Assembly: GCA_902587545.1 (NCBI GenBank)
Contig: CACILL010000001.1
Span: 331,300 to 395,299, forward strand
Direction: 5' to 3'
Origin: an uncultured SAR86 cluster bacterium
GTDB lineage: Bacteria; Pseudomonadota; Gammaproteobacteria; Magnimaribacterales; AG-339-G14
DNA length: 64,000 nt
Positions 29,568-38,701 of this stretch are shown one piece after another. A program made the translations under genes and the position numbers. Under the pieces are notes generated by a model. The model had not been told where the DNA came from. It was given only the letters and a program-made list of their open reading frames with translations, and searched no databases. The first letter of the stretch is position 1. Every line of letters starts with the position of its first letter.

Positions 29568-30155
29568 TTATAGCAACCCTTTAGTGGAAGGAAGAACATC
29601 TCCTTTAGAAGGATCTACCATACATGCAGTTTTGAGAGCTAAAGCAAATGCTTTGAATATAGTTTCAGCTTGGTGATGAGCGTTTTCCCCTTTGAGGTTA
29701 TCAATGTGAACAGTTGCAAGAGCTTTGTTGACAAAACCATGGAAAAATTCTTTTAACAAGCTCAAATCAAAATCGTTAATCGATTCTTTTGTGAAATTTA
29801 CATTCCAACTTAGCCCTGGTCTTCCTGAGAAATCTACAACAACCCTTGATAAAGCCTCATCCAAAGGAGCATATGCAGAGCCAAATCTGAAAATACCTTT
29901 TTTATCGCCTAGAGCATTATTGAATGCTTCTCCAAGACTAATGCCTACATCTTCTACTGTATGGTGAGCATCCACCTCTAAGTCTCCTTTTGCATCTAAG
30001 TCGATATCAAATCCGCCATGTTTAGATAGCTGATCAATCATGTGAACAAAAAAAGGCAGATCTGCTTTTAGATTACTTTCTCCTTTACCATCTAAAGCTA
30101 GAGAAAGTTTGATTTGAGTCTCTTTGGTATTTCTTTCTAATTCAGCTTTTCGCAT
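29568..30155 (-). CDS. hisB: imidazoleglycerol-phosphate dehydratase (monofunctional)
   Basis: [17 protein letters not shown], and [12 protein letters not shown]. 195 aa, with no histidinol-phosphatase domain. Confidence 0.93.
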   Translation of the reverse strand: MRKAELERNTKETQIKLSLALDGKGESNLKADLPFFVHMIDQLSKHGGFDIDLDAKGDLEVDAHHTVEDVGISLGEAFNNALGDKKGIFRFGSAYAPLDEALSRVVVDFSGRPGLSWNVNFTKESINDFDLSLLKEFFHGFVNKALATVHIDNLKGENAHHQAETIFKAFALALKTACMVDPSKGDVLPSTKGLL

Positions 30156-30211
30156 CTTAATCCTCTTTCAAAAAGACATTATAGCGGACAGAAATCAGTA
30201 AAATAATAAAC

Positions 30212-31225
30212 ATGAATCAATTTTCAAAAAAAATTATTGATTGGCAAAAGAACCAAGGAAGAAATAATCTTCCTTGGCAGAAAAAAAGTGCTTATGAGGT
30301 TTGGATTTCTGAAATTATGCTTCAACAAACGCAAGTTGAAACTGTAATCCCTTACTACAAGGCATTCATAAAAACCTTTCCTGAAATAAAAAATTTGGCT
30401 GAAAGCTCTGAAGAACAGGTTATGGGTTTGTGGAGTGGCTTGGGCTATTACTCTAGAGCAAGAAATATTCATAAAACTGCAAAAATAATCTTGAATAAAT
30501 ACAAAGGAAAATTCCCTCAAGATTTTAAAAATTTAGTTGAACTCCCAGGTATCGGTCCCTCCACAGCAGGAGCAATACTTTCCCTTGCATTTGAGTTACC
30601 TGGAGTAATTTTAGATGGGAACGTAAAAAGAGTTATTGCTAGGTTTAAAGGCATTACTAATCCAATAGATAATAATGAGACTCAAAAAGAAGTAAAAAGT
30701 TTTGCTGAGGGATTTTTACCAAAAGACTCATTAAGAGAATATTCTCAAGGGATAATGGATTTGGGTTCCTTGTTGTGTAAGCCAAAAAATCCTATATGTA
30801 ATATTTGTCCCGTAAATAAAAATTGTCAGGCTTTTAAGTTAGGAGTTCAAGAAAAAATTCCATTAAAAAAAAATTCCAAACCAAAAAAAGAAAAAAAGAT
30901 TGATTGGTTATTAATATCTTCAAAAAATAAAATTTTGCTTAAACGGAATGATAGTAAAGGCATCTGGAAAAATTTGTGGCTTTTTCCTGATAGAGATATT
31001 TTGAGTAAAGACAATATCTCTTTGCTTGAGAAAAAAGAGTCTCTCCCTGAAATTATTCATAATTTATCTCATCAAAAACTAAATATCTCAACGGTTAAAT
31101 ACCAAATAAAAAACAAAGACAGATTAAAGATAGACAGATCCAGCTCAGTTTGGGTTAGCAAAGCAGATTCAGTTAAAATGGGTATGCCCAAACCCATTAA
31201 AGAGATAATAAAAAATTATTTATGA
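30212..31225 (+). CDS. mutY: A/G-specific adenine DNA glycosylase
   Basis: HhH LPGIGPSTAGAILS and a 4Fe-4S loop C-x6-C-x2-C-x5-C (CKPKNPICNICPVNKNC). C-terminal NUDIX-like domain. Confidence 0.9.
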   Translation: MNQFSKKIIDWQKNQGRNNLPWQKKSAYEVWISEIMLQQTQVETVIPYYKAFIKTFPEIKNLAESSEEQVMGLWSGLGYYSRARNIHKTAKIILNKYKGKFPQDFKNLVELPGIGPSTAGAILSLAFELPGVILDGNVKRVIARFKGITNPIDNNETQKEVKSFAEGFLPKDSLREYSQGIMDLGSLLCKPKNPICNICPVNKNCQAFKLGVQEKIPLKKNSKPKKEKKIDWLLISSKNKILLKRNDSKGIWKNLWLFPDRDILSKDNISLLEKKESLPEIIHNLSHQKLNISTVKYQIKNKDRLKIDRSSSVWVSKADSVKMGMPKPIKEIIKNYL

Positions 31226-31491
31226 AAACTGTTTTTTGTAGAAAATATCAAAAGGATTTGCCTAAGATGGATAGAGCTCCTTTTCCAGGAGAAAAAGGAG
31301 AAGAAATTTTTTCAAGTGTTTCCAAGCAAGCTTGGATGGAATGGCTTCAACAACAGACAATGCTTGTGAATGAAAAGCAATTAGATTTATCTAAAAAGGA
31401 ATCCAGAGATTATCTTAGCCAGCAACTCGAAAACTTTTTAAATAATGAATCTTTCGATAAAGCTGAGGGTTTTGTCCCTTTAGATAAATAA
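31222..31491 (+). CDS. yggX: Fe(2+)-trafficking protein YggX
   Basis: VFCRKYQKDLPKMDRAPFPGEKGEEI...AWMEWLQQQTMLVNEKQL parallels E. coli YggX. Follows mutY as in E. coli. Confidence 0.88.
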   Translation: MKTVFCRKYQKDLPKMDRAPFPGEKGEEIFSSVSKQAWMEWLQQQTMLVNEKQLDLSKKESRDYLSQQLENFLNNESFDKAEGFVPLDK

Positions 31492-31535
31492 CTTTATTAG
31501 CTTGCTAAATATCTATAGAATTTGATTTTCTTTTT

Positions 31536-31611
31536 GCCCAGATAGCTCAGTCGGTAGAGCAAAGGACTGAAAATCCTTGTGTCGGTGGTTCGATTCCACC
31601 TCTGGGCACCA
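31536..31611 (+). tRNA. tRNA-Phe (anticodon GAA), CCA encoded
   Basis: The 76-nt GCCCAGATAGCTCAGTCGGTAGAGCAAAGGACTGAAAATCCTTGTGTCGGTGGTTCGATTCCACCTCTGGGCACCA folds as a cloverleaf. Acceptor stem is GCCCAGA/TCTGGGC, anticodon loop CTGAAAA, and T-arm GGTTCGATTCC. Confidence 0.95.
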
Positions 31612-31625
31612 TCAAAAATAATACT

Positions 31626-32003
31626 TTATGCTTTTCCCTTGAGAAAATAAAAAGTAATTCCTGCGGCAATAAATTCAAAAATCATAAAGAATACAAAGAT
31701 CATATCTGGCATTCCATCTAGAATTAAACTGAGTGCTCTTCCAAGGCCAATCCCAAGCATAAAAACAAACATGCACCATAAAGCGGGAACCGTTAGGCTT
31801 TTATTAAAAGCACCAGAAATCCACAATAGCACACAGCCTATATATAAGCCCATAACTGCTCTAAAGATATTGGACAAGTTATTGTCTGCTACTTCAATTC
31901 CATAAAGAACTGGAAGAAACTCCTTTGGATTTAATCCGTATCCCAAAGCTGCTGGAAATACTCCGATAGAAATAAATAATAAAAAATACGATTCTTTAGT
32001 CAT
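31626..32003 (-). CDS. small four-TM membrane protein (DUF4345-like)
   Basis: About 125 aa with four hydrophobic helices and a GRALSLILDGMP motif that I associate with DUF4345. The ATG at 32003 is preferred over the upstream extension. Confidence 0.5.
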   Translation of the reverse strand: MTKESYFLLFISIGVFPAALGYGLNPKEFLPVLYGIEVADNNLSNIFRAVMGLYIGCVLLWISGAFNKSLTVPALWCMFVFMLGIGLGRALSLILDGMPDMIFVFFMIFEFIAAGITFYFLKGKA

Positions 32004-32102
32004 GTTTATTCTTTGCGTCAAATTTTTAAAAATTACAATAGTTTCAAAATTAATAATAAAACTTTTCTGCAATGTTTGCGCATCCTTGTGTAATATTTAT
32101 CC

Positions 32103-33338
32103 ATGTCTGAAAAATTACTTTTGGAAGGCTTAAAGGTTATTGATGCGGGAAGTTTTATCGCAGGACCAGTATCAACCACAATTCTTTCTGATTTTGGAGC
32201 AGAAGTCATCAAGATTGAACCGCCTAAAATCGGTGATAGCTTAAGACATTTAATTGCTCGAACAAAAAGAGTAAATCCAGTTTCCGATAAAGACTATTGT
32301 TGGCATTTAACCTCAAGAAATAAAAAAAGTTTAGCCTTAAATCTTGGCGACCCAAAAGGACAAAAAATTTTGCAAGAACTGGTAAAGGTTTCTGATGTAT
32401 TTGTTACCAATATGCCGAAAAGAATAAGAGATAAATTGAAAATTAACGCCTCAGACTTACTTCCTTTGAATGAGAGACTTATCTATGGGTCTTTGACAGG
32501 CTACGGCGAAGAAGGTCCAGACTCGCACAGAACTGCCTTTGATACGATGGCTTGGTGGGCAAGAAGTGGTTTGATGGATATCGTAAGACCGTCGGACAAT
32601 TCAACTCCAGGGATGCCGCCCATAGGCATGGGCGATCAGCCTACTGGAGTGTCTTTATTTGCAAGCATCATGACGGCTCTTTATAGAAGAGAAAAAACAG
32701 GCAAAGGTGGTGAAGTAAATACTTCTTTGATGGCCAATGGTGCATGGTCAAACGGATCTTTCATTCAAGCAGCGCTTTTTGACGCTGATTTTCCAGAAAG
32801 GAAGGCTGAAGTTACTCCTCACCCTTTTGGCGGAAGATATGAAACTAAAGATGGAAGATTTTTATTATTGGCAATCATTGATGCAGCTAAAGAATGGCCA
32901 AAATTATTGAAAGCTCTCGATATAGAACATTTCAATAACGATGAAAGGTTTTCGTCCTTTCAAAAAATGAACGAAAATCATCAAGATCTTTATAAGGAAC
33001 TTGAAAAAATTTTTAAGCAATACGACTTGAGTGAGATAGTTGAAAAACTAAGATTCTCTGAAGTTACCTTTGGAATTCTTAGTAAATCTACGGATCATAA
33101 AAAAGACGAACAATTTTTAAAAAGTGAAGTCTTGGTTAACTTTTCGAAGGATAGTTTTGAAACAGAAAACTTAACTGTAAATAGTCCAGTATTTCTTAAA
33201 GACGAGCCTAAAAAAACTCCCTCCAGAGGTCCTGACTTAGGTGAACATTCCAAAGAAATTCTCTCTGACATTGGCATAGACTCGAAAGAACTAGACATGC
33301 TCAAAGAAGATGGTGTTATAGATTTTCCTCAAAATTAG
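32103..33338 (+). CDS. family III CoA-transferase (CaiB/BaiF type)
   Basis: GLKVIDAGSFIAGPVSTTILSDFGAEVIKIEPP N-terminus and catalytic-Asp region GMGDQPTG. Confidence 0.85.
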   Translation: MSEKLLLEGLKVIDAGSFIAGPVSTTILSDFGAEVIKIEPPKIGDSLRHLIARTKRVNPVSDKDYCWHLTSRNKKSLALNLGDPKGQKILQELVKVSDVFVTNMPKRIRDKLKINASDLLPLNERLIYGSLTGYGEEGPDSHRTAFDTMAWWARSGLMDIVRPSDNSTPGMPPIGMGDQPTGVSLFASIMTALYRREKTGKGGEVNTSLMANGAWSNGSFIQAALFDADFPERKAEVTPHPFGGRYETKDGRFLLLAIIDAAKEWPKLLKALDIEHFNNDERFSSFQKMNENHQDLYKELEKIFKQYDLSEIVEKLRFSEVTFGILSKSTDHKKDEQFLKSEVLVNFSKDSFETENLTVNSPVFLKDEPKKTPSRGPDLGEHSKEILSDIGIDSKELDMLKEDGVIDFPQN

Positions 33339-33406
33339 ACAATCAGATATATAAGAAGTTTCAATAATGTGACATGCATAGTCATTTACTAATTTATAAT
33401 CATTAA

Positions 33407-34057
33407 ATGAAATTTTTTATTATTTTTTCTCTTCTATTCTACTCAAATTTTTATTTTTCTATTCCGAACAATATTTTGGAATATGAACTTGGCGCAGAGA
33501 TTGAAAATGTTGAATGCAAAACTTGGGAATATTATCAATCAGGATTAACTCAAAGTTACAGATGCTTTACCAAAAGAAATAATAATGAAGCCATTGAATT
33601 CATTAGCGATCCTTATACAAAAAAAATAGGAAAAATAAACAGACATATCTTAATTAATTCTTTAGATATTGATCTGCTAATTGCAAAAATGATTGAAAAC
33701 TATGGCGAGCCAAAAAAGGTAAGCACCGACATAACAGACGTTAATGAATTCAAGATATTAGTTTGGGGAGAAGCAAGGGTTATATTTATTGACGATATAG
33801 ATTTTCAAATATCTACCAAAAAAAACAAAGGCTTGTCTTTAAGCTTTTCAAGCTGTGAAAGATTAAGTTTTGGCTCTAATTGTAAAAAATTTTTTGATGT
33901 AAATGGTCAATCCTCAAAAATTATATCTACGTTAGCTTTGACTGATGCGATAGTTTATAAAAATAACCTGCAATCAATTGAAGCAAAAAAAAATATTGGT
34001 TCATCCAGAGAATATTTAAACAATAACTCAAGAAAAGACTTTAAAATAGATTTTTAA
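33407..34057 (+). CDS. hypothetical secreted protein (orphan)
   Basis: N-terminal hydrophobic signal-like segment MKFFIIFSLLFYSNFYFS. I recognise no family motif. Very AT-rich coding sequence. Confidence 0.5.
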   Translation: MKFFIIFSLLFYSNFYFSIPNNILEYELGAEIENVECKTWEYYQSGLTQSYRCFTKRNNNEAIEFISDPYTKKIGKINRHILINSLDIDLLIAKMIENYGEPKKVSTDITDVNEFKILVWGEARVIFIDDIDFQISTKKNKGLSLSFSSCERLSFGSNCKKFFDVNGQSSKIISTLALTDAIVYKNNLQSIEAKKNIGSSREYLNNNSRKDFKIDF

Positions 34058-34078
34058 AAATTAGTGTTGGAGAGTTAA

Positions 34079-34606
34079 ATGAGAACTATTGAGGATTTAT
34101 TAGAGGGCTTAATCTATGCCAGCAGATGGCTTTTAGCACCCATTTATATGATTTTGTGTCTTTGCTTGGCACTGATCGCCATAACTACAATTCAACACTT
34201 CATTCAATATGCTCCGGGTTTAATGAGCATGAAGTTAAAAGAAGTACTTTTGTTTGTTCTGCAAGTGGTAGACCTTGCTTTGATCGCTAACCTTGTTGTG
34301 ATGATTATTTTTTCCGGTTACGAAAACTTTATTTCCAAAATTGATGTAGCAAAAGATGACAGAGATAGACCGGATTGGATGGGATCAGTTGATTTTAGTG
34401 ATCTAAAAATTAAATTGGTTGCCTCAATTTTAGCTATATCTGGTATTGGACTGCTTGAAACCTTTCTTAAAATAGCTGGTTCAGGTGATGTTGCAGTGAG
34501 CGAAGTAGAGATTAAGTGGATGGTTATCATTCACATCATTTTTATAATCTCTGGATTGCTTTTAGCAATGATGGATTATGTTGCCCATCGAAGCAGCAAA
34601 CATTAA
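34079..34606 (+). CDS. yqhA: UPF0114 family inner-membrane protein YqhA
   Basis: ASRWLLAPIYM and FSGYENFISKIDV are collinear with E. coli YqhA (ASRWLLAPVYF, FSGYENFVSQLDI). Confidence 0.88.
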   Translation: MRTIEDLLEGLIYASRWLLAPIYMILCLCLALIAITTIQHFIQYAPGLMSMKLKEVLLFVLQVVDLALIANLVVMIIFSGYENFISKIDVAKDDRDRPDWMGSVDFSDLKIKLVASILAISGIGLLETFLKIAGSGDVAVSEVEIKWMVIIHIIFIISGLLLAMMDYVAHRSSKH

Positions 34607-34610
34607 ATAT

Positions 34611-35246
34611 TCAAAAATACCTTTTTGCTAAAAGCCAAAATAGGAAAGGTATTATTGCAATACCTATAAATGCTATTGAAGCAGATTGGCTGGTAAGAGC
34701 TGCCGTTCCTATGAAAGCGTAAACTACTGCAATCAATAAATTACTCACAATCATTACAGTTAGAAAAGTATTCCATTTCATGCCGGCTATGCCAGCAGCT
34801 ACCGTTGAAATTTCCGCTAGAGCTGGAGCAGGCCTAGCAATCAATAAAATACTTATGCCAAATTTTTTTGCCACCTCTTCTGATCTTTCTAAATCTTCTT
34901 GACTGAGTATTTTTTTTGCTAAAGGTTTGGCAGCATACTTTCCTATCGCAAAACCGATAACTGATCCTAGAGTAAGTCCTATCCATATGACTGGAATAGA
35001 TAAATAAAATCCCAGAATAGCTCCAGCAAAAGTATTGGTAACGCCATTTGGAATGGGCAAAAAAACATCTGCCGCTAACGCGAAAATAACCAAAATGGAG
35101 TTTAAAAATTTATTGTTTCCACTCCATTCAATAAATTGATCTGTTAAGTCAGCTATCGATGACTCAAGTAATGACAAGGGTAATATGATTGAGGTCAAAA
35201 CAATTATGATAAAACCCAGAGTCTTTAAGAGAGTATAGATATTCAT
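34611..35246 (-). CDS. TVP38/TMEM64 (DedA-superfamily, VTT domain) membrane protein
   Basis: Polytopic 211 aa protein with the VTT-like core ...FLPIPNGVTNTFAGAILGF...GKYAAKPLAKKIL. Confidence 0.7.
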   Translation of the reverse strand: MNIYTLLKTLGFIIIVLTSIILPLSLLESSIADLTDQFIEWSGNNKFLNSILVIFALAADVFLPIPNGVTNTFAGAILGFYLSIPVIWIGLTLGSVIGFAIGKYAAKPLAKKILSQEDLERSEEVAKKFGISILLIARPAPALAEISTVAAGIAGMKWNTFLTVMIVSNLLIAVVYAFIGTAALTSQSASIAFIGIAIIPFLFWLLAKRYF

Positions 35247-35316
35247 ACCTTTTTACATTTTATATCTTTGTCCAATAGGAAAAAATTTAATTCAAGAATT
35301 AAGTGAATGTTAAAAT

Positions 35317-37317
35317 ATGGCAGTTATACTGTCATTTCCAATGTTTAAAAATCTATTTTTTTTCTTATTTGTGATTACTCTTTTTTTCTCTTGTTCTGAA
35401 TTTGAGAGAAAAACAGAAAAAGAATTAGCACAGGAAAAATTTGGAGATGCCCCTTTAGTCGAATACAAGCCTAGTCCCAATCCAGATAAAAACGCCTATT
35501 TTGGTGACTTGCATGTTCATACAGAAAATTCTTTTGATGCCTATGCCTTTGGAACTACCGCTTCTCCTGCTGATGCCTATAAATATGCCAGAGGTGAAGC
35601 AATAAAACACCCTACGGGTTATCAAGTCCAGTTATCAAGACCTTTGGATTTTTATGCTGTTACCGACCATGGCGTATTTCTGGGCTTGATGAAAGAAGCT
35701 GCCGACCCAAATAGTGAAATTGGACAATATGAACTCACTAAGCCTCTGCACAATCTCAATGAAAACGTAAGTAACAGTATTATCTCAATAATAAGAAGAG
35801 CAAATCTTTTTAGGCCATTTGCTCAAGAATTAGCAAATAACGTCCAAGATGGAACTGTAGACATAAAACTCTTAGAGAAAGTGAGTAGTGACGTTTGGCT
35901 CAAAACGATTGAAGCTGCAGATCAAGCCAACGTTCCAGGTACTTTCACAACCTTTGCTGCCTATGAATATTCTTCATCGGTTGAGATTTACGATACTTAT
36001 TTGCATAGAAATGTAATTTTTAGAGATACAAAAAACTTACCAAAAAGAATTTTTACTAGAGCTGATAGTTTAAATCCAGAAGACCTTTGGAAATGGATGG
36101 ATGGACTCAGAAGCAAAGGAGTAGAAAGTTTAGCAATTCCTCATAATTCAAATATTTCAGGCGGTGCTGCTTTTAAAATGACTTACTATGACGGCAAGCT
36201 CATAGATGAAGCATACGCTTCACAAAGGATAAGAAATGAGCCTTTGGTTGAGGTTACTCAAGCAAAAGGTTCTTCCGAAACACATCCTCTGCTGTCAAAA
36301 AATGATGAATGGGCAGCATTTGAAATACCAGTAGAAAAGCAAGCTAAGGTTTTAGAAAATGCAAAGGGGAGCTACGTTCGCAATGCTTACTTAAGGGGTC
36401 TGAGCTTAGCTGAACAAGGGTTAACAAACCCTTACAAATTTGGCCTTGCAGGCGCTAGTGACACTCACGTTGCTGCAGGTTCCTATACTGAAGAAGCTTT
36501 CTTTTCAAAAATTGGTTTGCTTGATGGAACTCCAGAATTAAGAGGTTCGGTCCCTTTCAATTGGGCCGTTGCTAAAGCCGCTAAAATCTTTAGACCAGAA
36601 TCTTTTGCTGAGATTAATGGAAAAGACTATATGGCAGTAACAGATAGGCTGATAGGCTTCTCAGCTTCAGGCCTTACTGGAGTTTGGGCGAAAGAAAATA
36701 CTCGTGAGGATATTTACGATGCCTTTAGAAGAAAAGAAACCTTTGCTACCAGTGGTCCAAGAATAAAGGTACGCTTTTTTTCAGGGTATGATTTTGAAGA
36801 TACTAAAATTAATGACTTAGATCTTGTTAAAAAAGCCTATGAGGATAATTTATCTATGGGTTCCACCATTAATATAGAAAAAGAGAGGGAACCGAAGTTT
36901 TTGGTATGGGCTTCTGCAGACCCATTGGGTGCGCCACTTCAAAGAATTCAAATTATCAAAGGTTGGTTGGAAAATGGAAAGCACCAAGAAAAAGTATATG
37001 ACGTTGTGTGTTCAGATGGATTAGTTGTCAATTCATCCACACATCGTTGTCCTGATAATGGTGCTAGAGTTGATATTGAAACCTGTTCTGTAAGTAAAAA
37101 TTCTGGAGCCTCAGAGTTAAAGACTTTTTGGTTGGATCCTGATTTCTTAATGGATCAAAGAGCTTTTTATTACGTTAGAGTTTTAGAGAATCCAGTTTGT
37201 CGATGGTCAACTTGGGACTCGATCAGAGAAGGTGTTGAACCAAGATCTGATATCCCAGCAACAATTCAAGAGAGAGCTTGGACTTCTCCAATTTGGTTTG
37301 AACCAACCAAATCTTGA
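35317..37317 (+). CDS. DUF3604 family protein, probable lipoprotein (PHP-like metal site)
   Basis: Signal plus lipobox-like LFFSC. GDLHVHTENSFDAY is a PHP-type H-x-H motif. Length and overall pattern are as I recall for DUF3604. Cys-rich C-terminal third. Confidence 0.75.
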   Translation: MAVILSFPMFKNLFFFLFVITLFFSCSEFERKTEKELAQEKFGDAPLVEYKPSPNPDKNAYFGDLHVHTENSFDAYAFGTTASPADAYKYARGEAIKHPTGYQVQLSRPLDFYAVTDHGVFLGLMKEAADPNSEIGQYELTKPLHNLNENVSNSIISIIRRANLFRPFAQELANNVQDGTVDIKLLEKVSSDVWLKTIEAADQANVPGTFTTFAAYEYSSSVEIYDTYLHRNVIFRDTKNLPKRIFTRADSLNPEDLWKWMDGLRSKGVESLAIPHNSNISGGAAFKMTYYDGKLIDEAYASQRIRNEPLVEVTQAKGSSETHPLLSKNDEWAAFEIPVEKQAKVLENAKGSYVRNAYLRGLSLAEQGLTNPYKFGLAGASDTHVAAGSYTEEAFFSKIGLLDGTPELRGSVPFNWAVAKAAKIFRPESFAEINGKDYMAVTDRLIGFSASGLTGVWAKENTREDIYDAFRRKETFATSGPRIKVRFFSGYDFEDTKINDLDLVKKAYEDNLSMGSTINIEKEREPKFLVWASADPLGAPLQRIQIIKGWLENGKHQEKVYDVVCSDGLVVNSSTHRCPDNGARVDIETCSVSKNSGASELKTFWLDPDFLMDQRAFYYVRVLENPVCRWSTWDSIREGVEPRSDIPATIQERAWTSPIWFEPTKS

Positions 37318-37355
37318 AATATTTATTTCTGTGTTAGAAAATTCTTAAATAAGTT

Positions 37356-38657
37356 ATGAAATCCTTTTTTTCAAAATTTAAAAATCTTTTACTAATAGGA
37401 GCTTACAAAACCCTTGTGATTTTTGAAAAACTCACCAATAAAGGAATAGCCTTAGACTTCATTTCGAAAGATTACATCGATAATCCTTACAAGACTTACA
37501 ACTTGATGAGATCTCATAAACCTATTTTGTTCTCTCAGACAACAAGATTGCATTGGGTTACAAAAATGGAGTTTGCTCAAGAAATGTTAAGAGATAAAAG
37601 ATTCAGTGTGGACGATCGAAAGTACCCTATCGCAGAAAAAAGGAGAAAAGAATTTAAAAAAGCTGGTAGAGAAATCATGTTAGAACAGTTTGAAAATCCT
37701 AGTATGTTAAAGCTTGATCCTCCTGATCACTCTCGGATAAGAAAGCTGGTGCAATATGGTTTTACCAATAGATACATAACTTCTCTTGAACCTGAAATAA
37801 AAAAAATAGTTGAAGATTGTCTAAATAAAGTTCACAACCAAGATTCATTTGACTTAATCGAAGACTTAGCAAAACCGCTTCCAGCGGTTGTGATCGCAAA
37901 AATGATGGGATTACCAAATGAAGACTTGGATCAATTTCAAGCTTGGTCTGAAGATTTATTGGTTGGTGTTGGAGGAATAGGTACTTCTAGAGAGGATATT
38001 AAAAAGTCAGGAGATGCTTATGAAGCATTGATAAATTATTTTGAAGAAATCATTCTTAGTAGAAAAAATTCTCCAGGTGAAGACTTTATTGGGAAACTTA
38101 TTCAGGCAGAGGAAGAAGGAGATAAATTAAACATCAAGGAAATGTATGGTACCTGTTTACTGCTCTTGATTGCTGGACACGAGACTACTACTCGCTTAAT
38201 TGGTAACGGCATGTTCACGCTTTTTAATCATCCTGAGAATATGACTCACTTGAGAAATGATTTAACTTTGATACCCAATGCTATAGAAGAAATGCTGAGG
38301 TACGAGCCTCCTGTTCATGCAACTGTCAGGTTTGCTGAAAGTGATATGATCTATAACAACAAACTCTACAAAAGAGGAACCCCGTTTGCGGTCAGCATTG
38401 CAGGTGCAAATCGAGATCCCGAAGCAAATGATAATCCCAATGAATTTAATATTTTTAGAGAAGATATCAAACACATCTCATTTGGTTACGGACCGCACAT
38501 GTGCATTGGAGCAAGTCTAGCAAGAATTGAATCCAGAATAGCTTTTGAAGCCTTATTTGAAAGATTTAAAAATCTTAATTTATTAGATAAAAATCCCAAG
38601 TGGGGGAAAAATTTAATTTTTCGAGGTTTTGACAATTTGCAAATAAAAATCAACTAA
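37356..38657 (+). CDS. cytochrome P450
   Basis: I-helix AGHETTT, ExxR EMLRYEPPV, and heme-thiolate loop FGYGPHMCIGASLAR. Confidence 0.92.
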   Translation: MKSFFSKFKNLLLIGAYKTLVIFEKLTNKGIALDFISKDYIDNPYKTYNLMRSHKPILFSQTTRLHWVTKMEFAQEMLRDKRFSVDDRKYPIAEKRRKEFKKAGREIMLEQFENPSMLKLDPPDHSRIRKLVQYGFTNRYITSLEPEIKKIVEDCLNKVHNQDSFDLIEDLAKPLPAVVIAKMMGLPNEDLDQFQAWSEDLLVGVGGIGTSREDIKKSGDAYEALINYFEEIILSRKNSPGEDFIGKLIQAEEEGDKLNIKEMYGTCLLLLIAGHETTTRLIGNGMFTLFNHPENMTHLRNDLTLIPNAIEEMLRYEPPVHATVRFAESDMIYNNKLYKRGTPFAVSIAGANRDPEANDNPNEFNIFREDIKHISFGYGPHMCIGASLARIESRIAFEALFERFKNLNLLDKNPKWGKNLIFRGFDNLQIKIN

Positions 38658-38690
38658 AAAAAAGGCGTTCTTGAAAGAACGCCTTTTTTT
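38656..38690. terminator. bidirectional rho-independent terminator shared by P450 (+) and the TonB-dependent receptor (-)
   Basis: A8 run (38656-38663), GC-containing stem GGCGTTCTT / AAGAACGCC (38664-38672 / 38675-83), then T7 run (38684-38690). This gives a U-tract on both strands. Confidence 0.85.
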
Positions 38691-38701
38691 AAAGAGTCTG
38701 T

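Noticed and set aside
34516-34722. 68-aa plus-strand ORF bridging the yqhA 3' end and the DedA-like gene
   Set aside because: It overlaps two better-supported genes, out of frame with yqhA and antisense to the DedA-like gene, and has no motif or RBS.
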